Made by a program: the position numbers and the translations under genes. The notes under the pieces were generated by a model that worked only from the letters and a program-made list of their open reading frames with translations, searched no databases and had not been told where the DNA came from. From the NCBI GenBank assembly GCA_965219415.1, contig CBDCNP010000002.1, positions 4,896,001 through 4,960,000 of the forward strand: a stretch of 64,000 nt of DNA. Direction: 5' to 3'. Source of the DNA: Candidatus Marinacidobacterales bacterium. Lineage in GTDB: Bacteria; Acidobacteriota; Vicinamibacteria; Marinacidobacterales; DATDRI01. This document shows, piece after piece, positions 53,271-63,075 of this stretch. The number at the start of each line of letters is the position of its first letter. The first letter of the stretch is position 1.

Positions 53271-53318
53271 CTCGCTCCGCTCGCGCAGGGTGCCGTGAAA
53301 TCCTGTGCACCCTGCTTA

Positions 53319-54980
53319 CTAGACCTTCCGCGCCTTTTCCTCTGCCCGCCGGACCGCTCGCAGAGCCTCCGCCGCCTGCGCGAGGTCGACCGCCTCGAAA
53401 CGTAGTCGTTCACCGGGCATGAGCTGCGCCAGGCGGGGTACATCCGCGCCGATGACGGTCCCGATCTTGGGGTAGCCGCCCGCGGTGGCACGGTCGGCGA
53501 GCATGACGATCGGTTGTCCGTCCGGCGGAACCTGCACCGCGCCCAATACCATCCCGTCGGACACGATCTCGCGCGCTTTCTTGTGACGAAGGCTCGGACC
53601 GTCCAAACGGCAACCCATTCGATCCGAGGACGCGGCTATGGTGTATTCCGAAGAGGTTAGGGTTTCTTTCGTCTTCTTATAGAAGTAATCCTCCTGCAAT
53701 CCGAAAACCACGCGCACCACCGTCTCCGCATTAGCCGAAGTGACGTCACCCTGCCACCGGCGACCAGGGCTCGGGTGGCGCTCGGATGGAAGCGCGGTGA
53801 GAACATCGCCGCGCTCGAGCGCCCGGCCCTGAAGACCACCCAGGGCGGACGTCAGATAGGTCGACCGCGAACCAAGTACTTGTGGTACTCCCCATCCCCC
53901 CGCTACCGACAAATAGCAACGATAGCCGGCTTGCCGGGCACCGAATCGCAAAACGTTCCCCGCCCGTGCCAGAAACGAAAGGTTAGGCGGAATCTCCCAG
54001 GGCCCGAGGTCGCCCCGCTCCAGAACCGGGCCCAGGTTCGCACCGCAGATCGCGCCGATCGTCGTTCGCAAGAATCGCAGCGAGGGTCCCAGGGCAGTGC
54101 ACTCGAGGGCCGCGGCTCCGGGCTCGTTCCCTACCAAAAAGTTTGCAGCGCGTAGCGATGCGGCGTCCGCGGCCCCGGCGACGGGAACGCCGTATCGTTG
54201 GTAGCCGACCCGTCCCAGGTCCTGAACCGTTGTCAGCAGTCCTCCATCCAACACTTCGAGCGTCGGCTCGTCCGGTTCCTGGTTTTTCGTCGCGCTCCGT
54301 TGGGCGCCATCGGGCCTTTCAGTGCGGTCAGGCAAATCCGGAACGGATACGAAGCGCACCCGATCGCCGGAAACGAAAAAAGTCGGAGGACTCGACTCGG
54401 GATCGAACAAAGGGAGCGAGGCACGTCCGATGAGATTCCAACCACCGGGGGTCGCGGAAGGATAGACGCCGGTCTGCCTACCGGCGATGGCAACCGAGCC
54501 GGCCGGCACTCGTATGCGTGGTGTCGCCTTGCGCGGTCGCGCGATCGCTTCCGGGAGCAGGCCCATGTAGGCGAAACCCGGTGAAAAGCCGAGCATGTAG
54601 ACGCGGTATTCCGTTCCGGTGTGAAGAGCGACGACTTCGGTGCAGCTCAGTCCGGCGTCACGTGCAACCGCATCCAGATCTTCACCATCGTAGACCGTGG
54701 GAACTTCTTTGACAGGCGCCCGGCCTGCTTCCGCGCGCGGGGGCTTGGAAGCGAGCCGCCTGAGATAGGCAGCAACTTCGTCGAACTCCGCCCGCCACGG
54801 ATCGAAATGGACGAGCAGAGAACGATAGGTCGGTACCGCCTCGACGAATCCCGGAAAGGGTTTTGACGAGAGCGCCTCGTCGAGGGCTCTCACCTTCGCA
54901 TTCAGCTCGAGGTCGATCGCGTCGCCGAACTCCACCGATATCGCTGCTTCACCGGCGTTCAGGATTCGGGGAGAAGTCAT
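53319..54980 (-). CDS. pxpBC: 5-oxoprolinase subunits B and C, fused
   Basis: VPTYRSLLV, LGFSPGFAY, TPGGWNLIG, then GLLTTVQDLGR, SDRMG, GGYPKIG. Confidence 0.9.
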   Translation of the reverse strand: MTSPRILNAGEAAISVEFGDAIDLELNAKVRALDEALSSKPFPGFVEAVPTYRSLLVHFDPWRAEFDEVAAYLRRLASKPPRAEAGRAPVKEVPTVYDGEDLDAVARDAGLSCTEVVALHTGTEYRVYMLGFSPGFAYMGLLPEAIARPRKATPRIRVPAGSVAIAGRQTGVYPSATPGGWNLIGRASLPLFDPESSPPTFFVSGDRVRFVSVPDLPDRTERPDGAQRSATKNQEPDEPTLEVLDGGLLTTVQDLGRVGYQRYGVPVAGAADAASLRAANFLVGNEPGAAALECTALGPSLRFLRTTIGAICGANLGPVLERGDLGPWEIPPNLSFLARAGNVLRFGARQAGYRCYLSVAGGWGVPQVLGSRSTYLTSALGGLQGRALERGDVLTALPSERHPSPGRRWQGDVTSANAETVVRVVFGLQEDYFYKKTKETLTSSEYTIAASSDRMGCRLDGPSLRHKKAREIVSDGMVLGAVQVPPDGQPIVMLADRATAGGYPKIGTVIGADVPRLAQLMPGERLRFEAVDLAQAAEALRAVRRAEEKARKV

Positions 54981-55013
54981 CTCGATACGAGACGAGCCTC
55001 GAGCCGTATCTCT

Positions 55014-55778
55014 TTACCGGCTCGCGAGGGAACGCACTTCGACTCCCGCGTCTGCAAGAGCTTGGCGAACTGCCTGTGCGTTCTGAACTGCACTGGGATT
55101 GTCTCCGTGGATACACAGAGTCTCCGCCTGAAGTACGACCTCACCACCATCGTGCGACGTGACCTTCCGATTGCGGGCGATCGCAACTGCCTGGGGGGCA
55201 GCCTTGGTCGAGTCGGTAATGACCGATCCTTCGATGCGTCGCGATTGTAGCGTACCGTCGGCATTGTAAACGCGATCGGCGAATGCCTCGCCGGCAAAGC
55301 GGAGCCCCTCCGCTTCCGCCGCCTCGCGCATCGCTGCCGACGTCGCGAGCCCGACGAAGATGAGCTTCCGACTGAAACGGGCGACGCCGCGAGCAATAGC
55401 TCGGGAGAGCTCGCTGTCGTTGACGGCTTGATTGTAGAGCGCACCGTGGGGCTTGACGTGAACGAGCTCGACGCCGTGAGAGCGCGCGAAACCCGCCACC
55501 GCACCGACCTGGTAAAGAACGTCCGCTTCGACTTCCTTTGGGGTAGCCTGGATGGGCCGACGTCCGAACCCCCGGAGATCGAGATATCCCGGGTGTGCAC
55601 CCACCGCGACGCCGTTCTTGGAAGCGAGGGCGAGGGTGCGGTCGAGGGTCTGGGGGTCGCCGGCGTGAAACCCGCAGGCGATGTTGGCCGAGCTGATGAG
55701 CGGCATGAGTGCCTCGTCGGCTCCTATCTGGTAAATGCCGAAGCCCTCGCCGATATCGCAATTCAGATCGATCTGCAT
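55014..55778 (-). CDS. pxpA: 5-oxoprolinase subunit A (LamB/YcsF)
   Basis: IDLNCDIGEGFG, NIACGFHAGDP, HVKPHGALYN, EAFADR, CIHGD. Confidence 0.95.
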   Translation of the reverse strand: MQIDLNCDIGEGFGIYQIGADEALMPLISSANIACGFHAGDPQTLDRTLALASKNGVAVGAHPGYLDLRGFGRRPIQATPKEVEADVLYQVGAVAGFARSHGVELVHVKPHGALYNQAVNDSELSRAIARGVARFSRKLIFVGLATSAAMREAAEAEGLRFAGEAFADRVYNADGTLQSRRIEGSVITDSTKAAPQAVAIARNRKVTSHDGGEVVLQAETLCIHGDNPSAVQNAQAVRQALADAGVEVRSLASR

Positions 55779-55911
55779 GGCCTCCCGTATTCTATAACAG
55801 ACCGATTGACAAACTGTAGTCGACAGCGCCTCGCCTTCCGGCCGTCACCGCCGTCTGGCGAGCCGGATAGTAGCAACTCCGCCTAGCGGACGGCCGGAAG
55901 CGGTGCAAAGG

Positions 55912-56025
55912 TGCCTTGGTGCACAACTCGCGATCTCGGTCCACAATTGTCCTGTACTCGCGGATACGAGGTTCCCCATGAGCATTTTCAAACGCACTCA
56001 GCGGAAGTATGTGAAGAAGGCCTAT
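55912..56025 (+). mobile_element. Left-end relic of a second IS5-family element
   Basis: GCCTTGGTGCAC end; RBS plus MSIFKRTQRKYVKKAY, resembling the N-terminus of 854-1816; cut by IS1. Confidence 0.5.
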
Positions 56026-57225
56026 GGTGCTTCCGCAATTAAGTGTTGGCGGCCAGCCCCTAACCGGTCTGCGTGCTAGAGTTTGGACCAGAATTCCGAA
56101 GACACAGTTCTCTCATCGTCAGGGCCGAGCCAAAGTGAAGAATCGCAGATGTCTCAATCTCGCATGTCCGTTGCGGGGCAAAGTCAGTTCCGGAAACATC
56201 GTTCGCCACGGATTCTACCGAACCAGGTCCGGGAAACGCCGTCGATACCGGTGCGGCGAGTGCGGAAAGACGTTCTCCTCGACGAAAGGCACGCCCTACT
56301 ACCGTCTCCAACATCGAAGAGCTACTTTCGATGGAGTCATCGCTCTCAGAGTCGAGGGTGTCAGCATTTCCGCGATTTCCCGGATCAAAGGGATTGCCTG
56401 GAACACCGTCGCCCGCTGGCTCGAGAAGGCAGCCCAAGGGTGTCGTCGATTCAATCACAGAAGGATCGCTGGCTTCGCTGCCGAAGAGCTTCAAGCCGAC
56501 GAGATTCGCACGTTCGCGGGCAACAAGAAGACACCGAGTTGGGTCTTCGTTACGATCGAGGTCTGGTCTCGGCTCTGGCCATCGACGGTGACGGGAAGGC
56601 GAAGCTACCGGAACACTCACGCTCTGTTTCGCGACCTTTCGAGACGGATGAATTTCGAGCGTCTTCCCTTGATCGTCACGGATGGATTCGAATTCTACCA
56701 GAAGGTCATCCGTCGCTTCTTCGGTCCAGCGTGTCTCTACGGCCAGGTCCTAAAAACGCGCAGGAACGATCGTATCATCAAGGTCGAACGCAGAGCGCTG
56801 CACGGAGCCGCGTGGCGATTCGAAGACGCGCTCAATAACTCCGAGGACTCTTCGACATTGAACACGTCGTTCATCGAGCGGTTGAATCTGACCATCCGGC
56901 AAAGCTCGGCATACCTTTCGAGACGAACGCTTTCCCACGCTCGCTCGACGGAGAGGCTCGATGAGCACCTGGAGTTGCTCCGTTGCTATTACAACTTCGT
57001 CCGACCGCACGGAGCTCTGAAGTTCGGACGTGAGATCCGAACTCCGGCTATGCAGGCTGGTCTGACCACGCGACGGCTCACCTTTCGAGACATCTTCTTG
57101 GCGACGACTATTCCTTTGTGGTCGCGGATCGAGGTTTTCGTGCTCAGTAGGGCGCGCAACCCGGTCTCTTCCGCACCTGTACCACTGCCCGCAGCCGCGT
57201 AGCAACACTTGATGGCGGAAGCACC
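56026..57225 (+). mobile_element. IS1-family element copy 3
   Basis: Same IRs; no TSD. Confidence 0.9.
56135..57202 (+). CDS. IS1 family transposase
   Basis: 355 aa from GTG 56135, near-identical to the other copies. Confidence 0.9.
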   Translation: MKNRRCLNLACPLRGKVSSGNIVRHGFYRTRSGKRRRYRCGECGKTFSSTKGTPYYRLQHRRATFDGVIALRVEGVSISAISRIKGIAWNTVARWLEKAAQGCRRFNHRRIAGFAAEELQADEIRTFAGNKKTPSWVFVTIEVWSRLWPSTVTGRRSYRNTHALFRDLSRRMNFERLPLIVTDGFEFYQKVIRRFFGPACLYGQVLKTRRNDRIIKVERRALHGAAWRFEDALNNSEDSSTLNTSFIERLNLTIRQSSAYLSRRTLSHARSTERLDEHLELLRCYYNFVRPHGALKFGREIRTPAMQAGLTTRRLTFRDIFLATTIPLWSRIEVFVLSRARNPVSSAPVPLPAAA

Positions 57226-57644
57226 GCCCATGGCAAAACGGAACTGCGGAGCGGTGGGTCGGCAGCTGCCGTCGCGAGCTCCTTGAGCACGTCGTGGTTC
57301 TCGGCGCATGTCATCTCATCCGGCTCGTGCGAGCTTACATCAGCTACTATCACGAGGACCGTTGCCACTTGGGGCTGAACAAGGACACACCGAGCTTGAG
57401 AGCGGTCACGCGCCGACCGTCTCCTACGGCGAAAGTCGTCGCACTGCCGCGAGTCGGTGGATTGCACCATCGATACGAGTGGCGAGAGGCAGCCTGAGTC
57501 AGCTTGGTCGCTCGCGTTACTCGGCTGGTCGCCGAGAAGTTCGTCCTCAGCACCTTCCCTCGCGCGCTGACCACGCTCTCCAGCATGTGCTCGAGGGCAG
57601 TCCGGGCTTAGAGTCCAGTCCCGGATAAATAATGATGATGGACA
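57226..57644 (+). mobile_element. Element A 3' fragment with right end
   Basis: PWQNGTAERW...HRYEWREAA plus the right end. Confidence 0.88.
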
Positions 57645-59106
57645 AGCGAAAACTCAGAGAAGCCCTGGTGCCCACGTCGTTCTATCCTCTTGTACTACAG
57701 TGATTTAAAGCCATCCGTCACGTGCTGGTCCCCGCACGCCTCATCGACGGGTGGTCGTTCGAGTTTATTTGCGAATTGACATTAAATCCGATTTTCTAGA
57801 CGGCAATCTCAACCTCCTTGACGCCTGAAAGAGGGCCGTGTCGTAAACTCTCCGACGGAGGCTACACTCGTAAGTCATTGTAGTGAAAAGCTCTTACGCC
57901 TCATCGATGGACGCGTCGTTGACGGGAACACCTTTCCGACTATCGCAGTCGTAAGGCTCAAGTGGGGGCAAGTGGAGCTATTCGGCTCTTGGCAGCAAAC
58001 AAGCAAGTAACGGTGCAAAACAGGTCATAAAAATGCAATTGGAGGGCATTTCGGGGCTGAATCGAGCGTTAATCGCTCAGCTAATGGGAAAACGCCGTCG
58101 TGTCCAAAAACACAAACGAACTCAAGACCCGCACGCCGCCGATGTCATCATCAGTAAGGGGCGATGCCGTTCGCCGACTGATGGAGATCAAGAGCGAGCG
58201 TGGCCGCGGCCGCAGGTTGGCTTACAACGTGACCTGCCTCACAGCGTTGCGACGAGGGCACGCTGCTCCTCCCAATCGTCGGGAAGCGGATGATGGAGGA
58301 GGTAGCTCGAGGTCAGCCCAACGGGCTGGCGACCGTCCACAATGGCGCGGACGATGTCGGGGGCCATGAAGGCATAACGGATTGCCTTGCGCACGCGGTC
58401 CGTTGGGATGGCGTCTTCGGTGGCAATCTGCTCATAGGTTTTGCCTGCTTTGATTCGGTCGAGCCAGGAGAGGGCGTTGGCGATATTGCGCAGGAGTGTG
58501 CGGTCGACGGATTTCGTGGGGTTGCCCAGAACGAGCTTGGTCTCGACGCCGCGTCGACGCAAGCGGAACGGTGCGTGGATGCGGAGTGCGTCCTCGCGAA
58601 TGCGGTCGGGTCCCATAGACAGGCAATCAGCGAACGTATTGCGGTCGAGCAGGATGGACACAGAGCCTGGGCTGATATCGACCCGCCGGATGAAACGGAG
58701 CAGGCTGGCTGCCGAGGCACTATCATTATTGCTACCGGAACACAGCCCGTCTAAAAAGCGACGCACCGAGGCGAGCTCTTGCATCGTCGGAGTGTGGATC
58801 AACGAGGCCGAGAAGGTCGTGGCATCCACATGCTGTCGGATGAGATGCACGACGGTCTGTTCCAGCATCGGGGCGGGCAGTCGCCAGCCGGAGAGGTCCT
58901 TTTGGCCACTGTGCTGGATGAGGCGCCGGGAGACGTAGTAGCGGAGCCGTTGCCCGTTTTTCTTTTTGGTGTGGCTCGGCGTCAGCCGGTCCCCGGTCTC
59001 GTCGAAGAGCTTGCCTGCCAGTGGGGAACGGGCTGCACGGCCCTTCGTCGTGCGTTTCCTCGGTTTGGCAGCCCCTGCCTGCAGCTGCGCCTGGACCTCG
59101 TCCCAG
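57645..59106 (-). repeat. Second allele of the serine recombinase 3' half and ~600 bp of downstream DNA
   Basis: Colinear with 35254-36716, with scattered substitutions. Confidence 0.9.
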
Positions 59107-59473
59107 CTCCTTGAGCACGTCGTGGTTCTCGGTGCATGTCATCTCATCCGGCTCGTGCGAGCTTACATCAGCTACTATCATGAGGACCGTTGCCACTTGG
59201 GGCTGAACAAGGACACACCGAGCTTGAGAACGGTCACGCACCGACCGTCTCCTACGGCGAAAGTAGTCGCACTGCCGCGAGTCGGTGGACTGCACCATCG
59301 ATACGAGTGGCGAGAGGCAGCCTGAGTCAGCTTGGTCGCTCGCGTTACTCGGCTGGTCGCCGAGAAGTTCGTCCTCAGCACCTTCCCTCGCGCGCTGACC
59401 ACGCTCTCAAGCATGGGCTCGAGGGCGGTCCGGGCCGTAGAGTCCAGTCCCGGATTAATAATGATGATGGACA
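59104..59473 (+). mobile_element. Element A 3' fragment with right end
   Basis: LLEHVVVLG...HRYEWREAA plus the right end. Confidence 0.88.
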
Positions 59474-59629
59474 GGCTCATATTCGGCCGTGGAATATCAT
59501 GTTAACTTATATAGTTGCTAATCCAACCAGATGCGTATATATGTCTATATACTTGTGTCTATTCTTGACGCACCAAAAGGAGGAGGCTGAGGTTGTCAAA
59601 TTCTTGCAATCTCGGATGGTAAAGGAGCG

Positions 59630-59875
59630 ATGAAAATCAAAATAACTTTAGGAGGCCAAGAAGTCGAGGCCGAAAAAATAGAGTTCAAACCAATCGAAGA
59701 AGCGTGGAGCCTTTACCGGCTAGAGGATGACACGGTCGTCAAGATCAAAACCATCGTGTCAGACGTGTTCAAGCTTCCCAGCAATGATCCTCTGACCGGC
59801 ATGCCACAATTTCTCGTGAGGTCCACCAATGTAATGTCCGTTGAACCATCGAGTTCTAATGGAGATGTTCATTGA
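59630..59875 (+). CDS. Small acidic beta-rich hypothetical protein (81 aa)
   Basis: AAGGAG RBS; EEAWSLYRLEDDTVVKIK...DPLTGMPQFLV. Confidence 0.75.
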   Translation: MKIKITLGGQEVEAEKIEFKPIEEAWSLYRLEDDTVVKIKTIVSDVFKLPSNDPLTGMPQFLVRSTNVMSVEPSSSNGDVH

Positions 59876-60300
59876 TCGAACCTAAAGTGTGGAATAGCGG
59901 AGACTATTCGCTATCAGTCTATCAGGTCCTGCATACACTGAACGATGACAGGCCGTATCCCATGAACCCAATGATGATACAGTCAGTTGATCGGCTTGCG
60001 TACTCGTCCGACTCGGATTGGATTAGCTCTGAGATGGAGATCTCAAATATCTTGGTGGAGTCTTTCAAGCAGGTTCCACAGATCGCATCCATCTATGCCA
60101 CATTCAAATCTGACGGCATAACCATCTGGACACTTCTAAACACATACGACCGCGATGCCCGCGAGGCTGTCTACAAGAAAGAAATGGAAATATGCAACCG
60201 TCTTGGTTCCTGCGACTTCGATTTCCGTGTCTCGACGGTTGAACTCATCTCCCCAAAAGAAATGATTGACACTGGCTCGCGTGAGATTTTCAGTCGGTAA
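59872..60300 (+). CDS. Hypothetical protein, possible degenerate nucleotidyltransferase-like fold
   Basis: TTG start overlapping the upstream stop; VPQIASIYATF...ITIWTLL...REAVYKKEMEI...DFDFRV pattern. Confidence 0.6.
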   Translation: MIEPKVWNSGDYSLSVYQVLHTLNDDRPYPMNPMMIQSVDRLAYSSDSDWISSEMEISNILVESFKQVPQIASIYATFKSDGITIWTLLNTYDRDAREAVYKKEMEICNRLGSCDFDFRVSTVELISPKEMIDTGSREIFSR

Positions 60301-60306
60301 TCTTGC

Positions 60307-60711
60307 GTGGCCAAAATACATTCCACACCTGCGGATTACGCCCGGCAGGCTGCTCACAATCTTGAACTAGCAACATATCTTCGCGAGAATCGTAGTGATT
60401 GCCTTGATTGGGCAACTACGTGCTTGTTCTATGCTGCGGTTCACTACGTCAATGCCTACCTACGGAAGTCCAATATTCAGATCCCGCGTCGGCATCGAGG
60501 TTCAGAGAGGGGCAAGGGCAAAGGGCGGTTGAATATCGTCCAGCAAGATCCGAAGCTCCAGCCAATTTACATTAACTATCGTCACCTTGACGACGAGAGC
60601 CGTGATGCCAGATACGAGTTGAAGAAGCCGTCTGAACGCGACTACGACCAGTTTCTTCTTCTGCAGCTCACGATCATCAAAAACTTCATCGGTCCGAAGG
60701 AGAAGAAGTGA
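60307..60711 (+). CDS. HEPN-domain protein
   Basis: QAAHNLELA...DWATTCLFYAAVHYVNAYL...H...Y..L...SRDARY pattern of HEPN proteins. Confidence 0.78.
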   Translation: MAKIHSTPADYARQAAHNLELATYLRENRSDCLDWATTCLFYAAVHYVNAYLRKSNIQIPRRHRGSERGKGKGRLNIVQQDPKLQPIYINYRHLDDESRDARYELKKPSERDYDQFLLLQLTIIKNFIGPKEKK

Positions 60712-60764
60712 AACGACCGGATTACGGAGACGCGACGCCGGAGGATATTGCCCGCGCTCTCTGA
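60708..60764 (+). CDS. Putative 18-aa micropeptide MKRPDYGDATPEDIARAL
   Basis: AAGGAG at 60697-60702; GTG overlapping the HEPN stop. Confidence 0.4.
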   Translation: MKRPDYGDATPEDIARAL

Positions 60765-60863
60765 GCCAGAGTGTCCTCGTCCCTGAGGATGATACCACTA
60801 CCTCCGACACCCCAACATGTAGCAACGGCCGCGACCCCAAGATGTAGTGGTTCTTGGAATGGC

Positions 60864-60887
60864 TGTCAAGCTACCTTTGTAAGTCCC
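60864..60887. mobile_element. Probable IS1595-type terminal repeat
   Basis: GGGACTTACAAAGGTAGCTTGACA on the minus strand, abutting a truncated C left end (60888-60918); family call is by resemblance only. Confidence 0.45.
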
Positions 60888-60948
60888 TTTCAAAAGGGCC
60901 GAGTTTTGGCACAGGACGGGAAGCCGGATCGTGGCTACAATGGATGTC

Positions 60949-61803
60949 GTGGCCGATCCCAACCGGAGACTCGAAGCGAACGCCCCCGGGCCTTGGTTCG
61001 TCGATGATTCGTGCATCGATTGTGACGCCTGTCGACAGATTGCACCCCGCGTCTTTGCAGAAGGCCATGGGCATGCCATCGTCTCGCAACAACCCGTACC
61101 TGGCGCTGTAGATGCGTTCCGCGCTCTGGTCGCGTGCCCCGTCGCGGCCATCGGTCGGAAGGACTCGGGACCCTTTCCCGAGGGGCTCTTTCCGCAGCTC
61201 CTAGAAGACGGTGTCTTCTACGCGGGCTTCAACTCCAGGGACTCGTATGGTGCCAACAGCTTCTTCGTTCAACGACACGCAGGTAACCTTCTGGTCGATT
61301 CGCCTCGCTGGGCCAAGCTTCTGGTTCGCGAGATCGAGAAAAGAGGAGGTCTTTCCGACATCTTGCTATCCCACCAGGATGACGTCGCGGATACGGATCG
61401 GTATCAGGAGCATTTCGGTGCTCGAGTGTGGATTCACGAGGGCGATTGCTGCGCCGCTCATTTCGCCACCGATGTGCTCGAAGGAGACGAGCCGCGAGAG
61501 ATTCGCCCCGGTCTTCTGGCGATTCCTGTTCCCGGTCACACGCGTGGAAGCGTTGTCTATCTTCTCGAGGAGAAGTTCCTCTTCACCGGGGACTCGCTCT
61601 ATTGGAGCCGCAAGAGACAGGAGCTGACCGCTTCGAAGAGCTGCTGCTGGTACTCTTGGAAGAAACAGGTCGAGTCTCTGGCGCGGCTTGCCAACTACCG
61701 CTTCGAGTGGGTGCTTGCTGGCCACGGGGATCGTATTCGACTGCCGCACGACCGCACGCGCAAGAGCTTGCTGGCGCTGACCCGTCAGTACTCTCGCGTG
61801 TGA
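60949..61803 (+). CDS. Ferredoxin-domain MBL-fold hydrolase
   Basis: CIDCDAC...CP, then SHQDD, PGHTRG, FTGD and AGHG motifs. Confidence 0.9.
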   Translation: MADPNRRLEANAPGPWFVDDSCIDCDACRQIAPRVFAEGHGHAIVSQQPVPGAVDAFRALVACPVAAIGRKDSGPFPEGLFPQLLEDGVFYAGFNSRDSYGANSFFVQRHAGNLLVDSPRWAKLLVREIEKRGGLSDILLSHQDDVADTDRYQEHFGARVWIHEGDCCAAHFATDVLEGDEPREIRPGLLAIPVPGHTRGSVVYLLEEKFLFTGDSLYWSRKRQELTASKSCCWYSWKKQVESLARLANYRFEWVLAGHGDRIRLPHDRTRKSLLALTRQYSRV

Positions 61804-61856
61804 ATCATCGCCCGCTCGCCGCACTCGCTACCGAGCATGAATCTGTACGTGCGTGC

Positions 61857-62445
61857 AACGTAGCAACCCGCCAAGCCGTTCACGAGAGCGCACCATAGAC
61901 ACTAAGTTTCTGATTTATGGTCTATTTCAAAAGGGCCGAGTTTTGGCACAGGACGGGATCGAGACCAGCTCTACGGAGCGTACTTCGATACTCGCGTCGC
62001 CGGTCTCGGGATGGAGCAGGTCCTTACCGCACCGCGCTCTCCGTGGCAGAATCCATTGGTCGAGAGGATGATCGGCTCCATTCGACGTGAGTGTCTCGAC
62101 CATGTGATTGTCCTCGACGAGCGGCACCTGAGGCGAATCCTACAAATACGTCGACTACTATCCTTCGTGCCGGACTCATTGGTCGCTTGAGAAGGACGCG
62201 CCCGAGCCTCGCCGGGTAGAGTCACCGGCGATGGGCAAAGTGAGTGCCATTCCAAAGGTCGGTGGTCTCCATCATTATTACACTCGACGCGCTGCTTGAG
62301 CCGATCCCCTCCTGTGCCAAAACTCGGCCCTTTTGAAATAGACCATAAATTAGAAGCTTAGTGTCTATGGTGCGCTCCCGTGAACGGCTTGGCGGGTTGC
62401 TACGTTTCTACCATCGGGAAGCCGCATGAGTATTTTGACCTCACG
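61857..62445. mobile_element. Element B 3' fragment between inverted mini-C units; complete mini-C at 62308-62445
   Basis: 61857-61955 is a near reverse complement of 62308-62405; mini-C is a left end joined to the last ~75 bp of C. Confidence 0.8.
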
Positions 62446-62486
62446 GCGTGAGGACGTCGTGATGATGTCGCGCATCCTCAACCCAA

Positions 62487-63071
62487 CTAAGCGCTCTTTC
62501 CCCACGGGAAGTAGTAAAGCGCTTCGGCGGTCTTGTCGGCAGTCTCCCTACCCGCGATCTGCGCGACCAGCGCCAAGGACGCGTCGTAGGTATGCAATTC
62601 CCCAATCGAGCTGATCATGTTGCCGTCGGTGACGATGTGCTCGTTGTCGACGACCTTGGCCTCGGGAAAGCGCTTGGCCAGATCCTCGGTGCCACCGATG
62701 TAGGTGGTTACGCGGCGGCCTTCGAGTAGGCATGCCTTGCCGAGCAAGAAAGCCCCGGCGCAATTGCTAGCAACGAACTTCGCTTTTTCGGCGCGGTCCT
62801 TGATGAAACCAATTAGCTTTTCGTTGGCCAACAAGGGCTCCACGTCGAGGCCGCTGGGGACGACCAAGACATCTATCGGTGGACAATTCGCAAAGTCGTA
62901 GTCAGGTTCGATGCGGAGGCCCTCTTCGCTGACGATGATCTTCTTCTCTTCCGCGACGAGAAAGGGCTCGAACGGAACCGAACCCTTCTTCCCCGCCTTG
63001 GCGAAGATCTCGATGGGCGCCGTGACTTCACTGGTCAAGAACTTATCGAATACAACGATACCAACCTTCAT
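62487..63071 (-). CDS. DJ-1/PfpI family protein
   Basis: GGAGG RBS; SEEGLRIEPD, DVLVVPSG, SNCAGAFLLG. Confidence 0.9.
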   Translation of the reverse strand: MKVGIVVFDKFLTSEVTAPIEIFAKAGKKGSVPFEPFLVAEEKKIIVSEEGLRIEPDYDFANCPPIDVLVVPSGLDVEPLLANEKLIGFIKDRAEKAKFVASNCAGAFLLGKACLLEGRRVTTYIGGTEDLAKRFPEAKVVDNEHIVTDGNMISSIGELHTYDASLALVAQIAGRETADKTAEALYYFPWGKSA

Positions 63072-63075
63072 TCCA

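Noticed and set aside
52463-53491. 342-aa ORF as an intact gene
   Set aside because: Chimeric frame: off-frame pxpBC tail, then the macro-domain fragment, then antisense IS1
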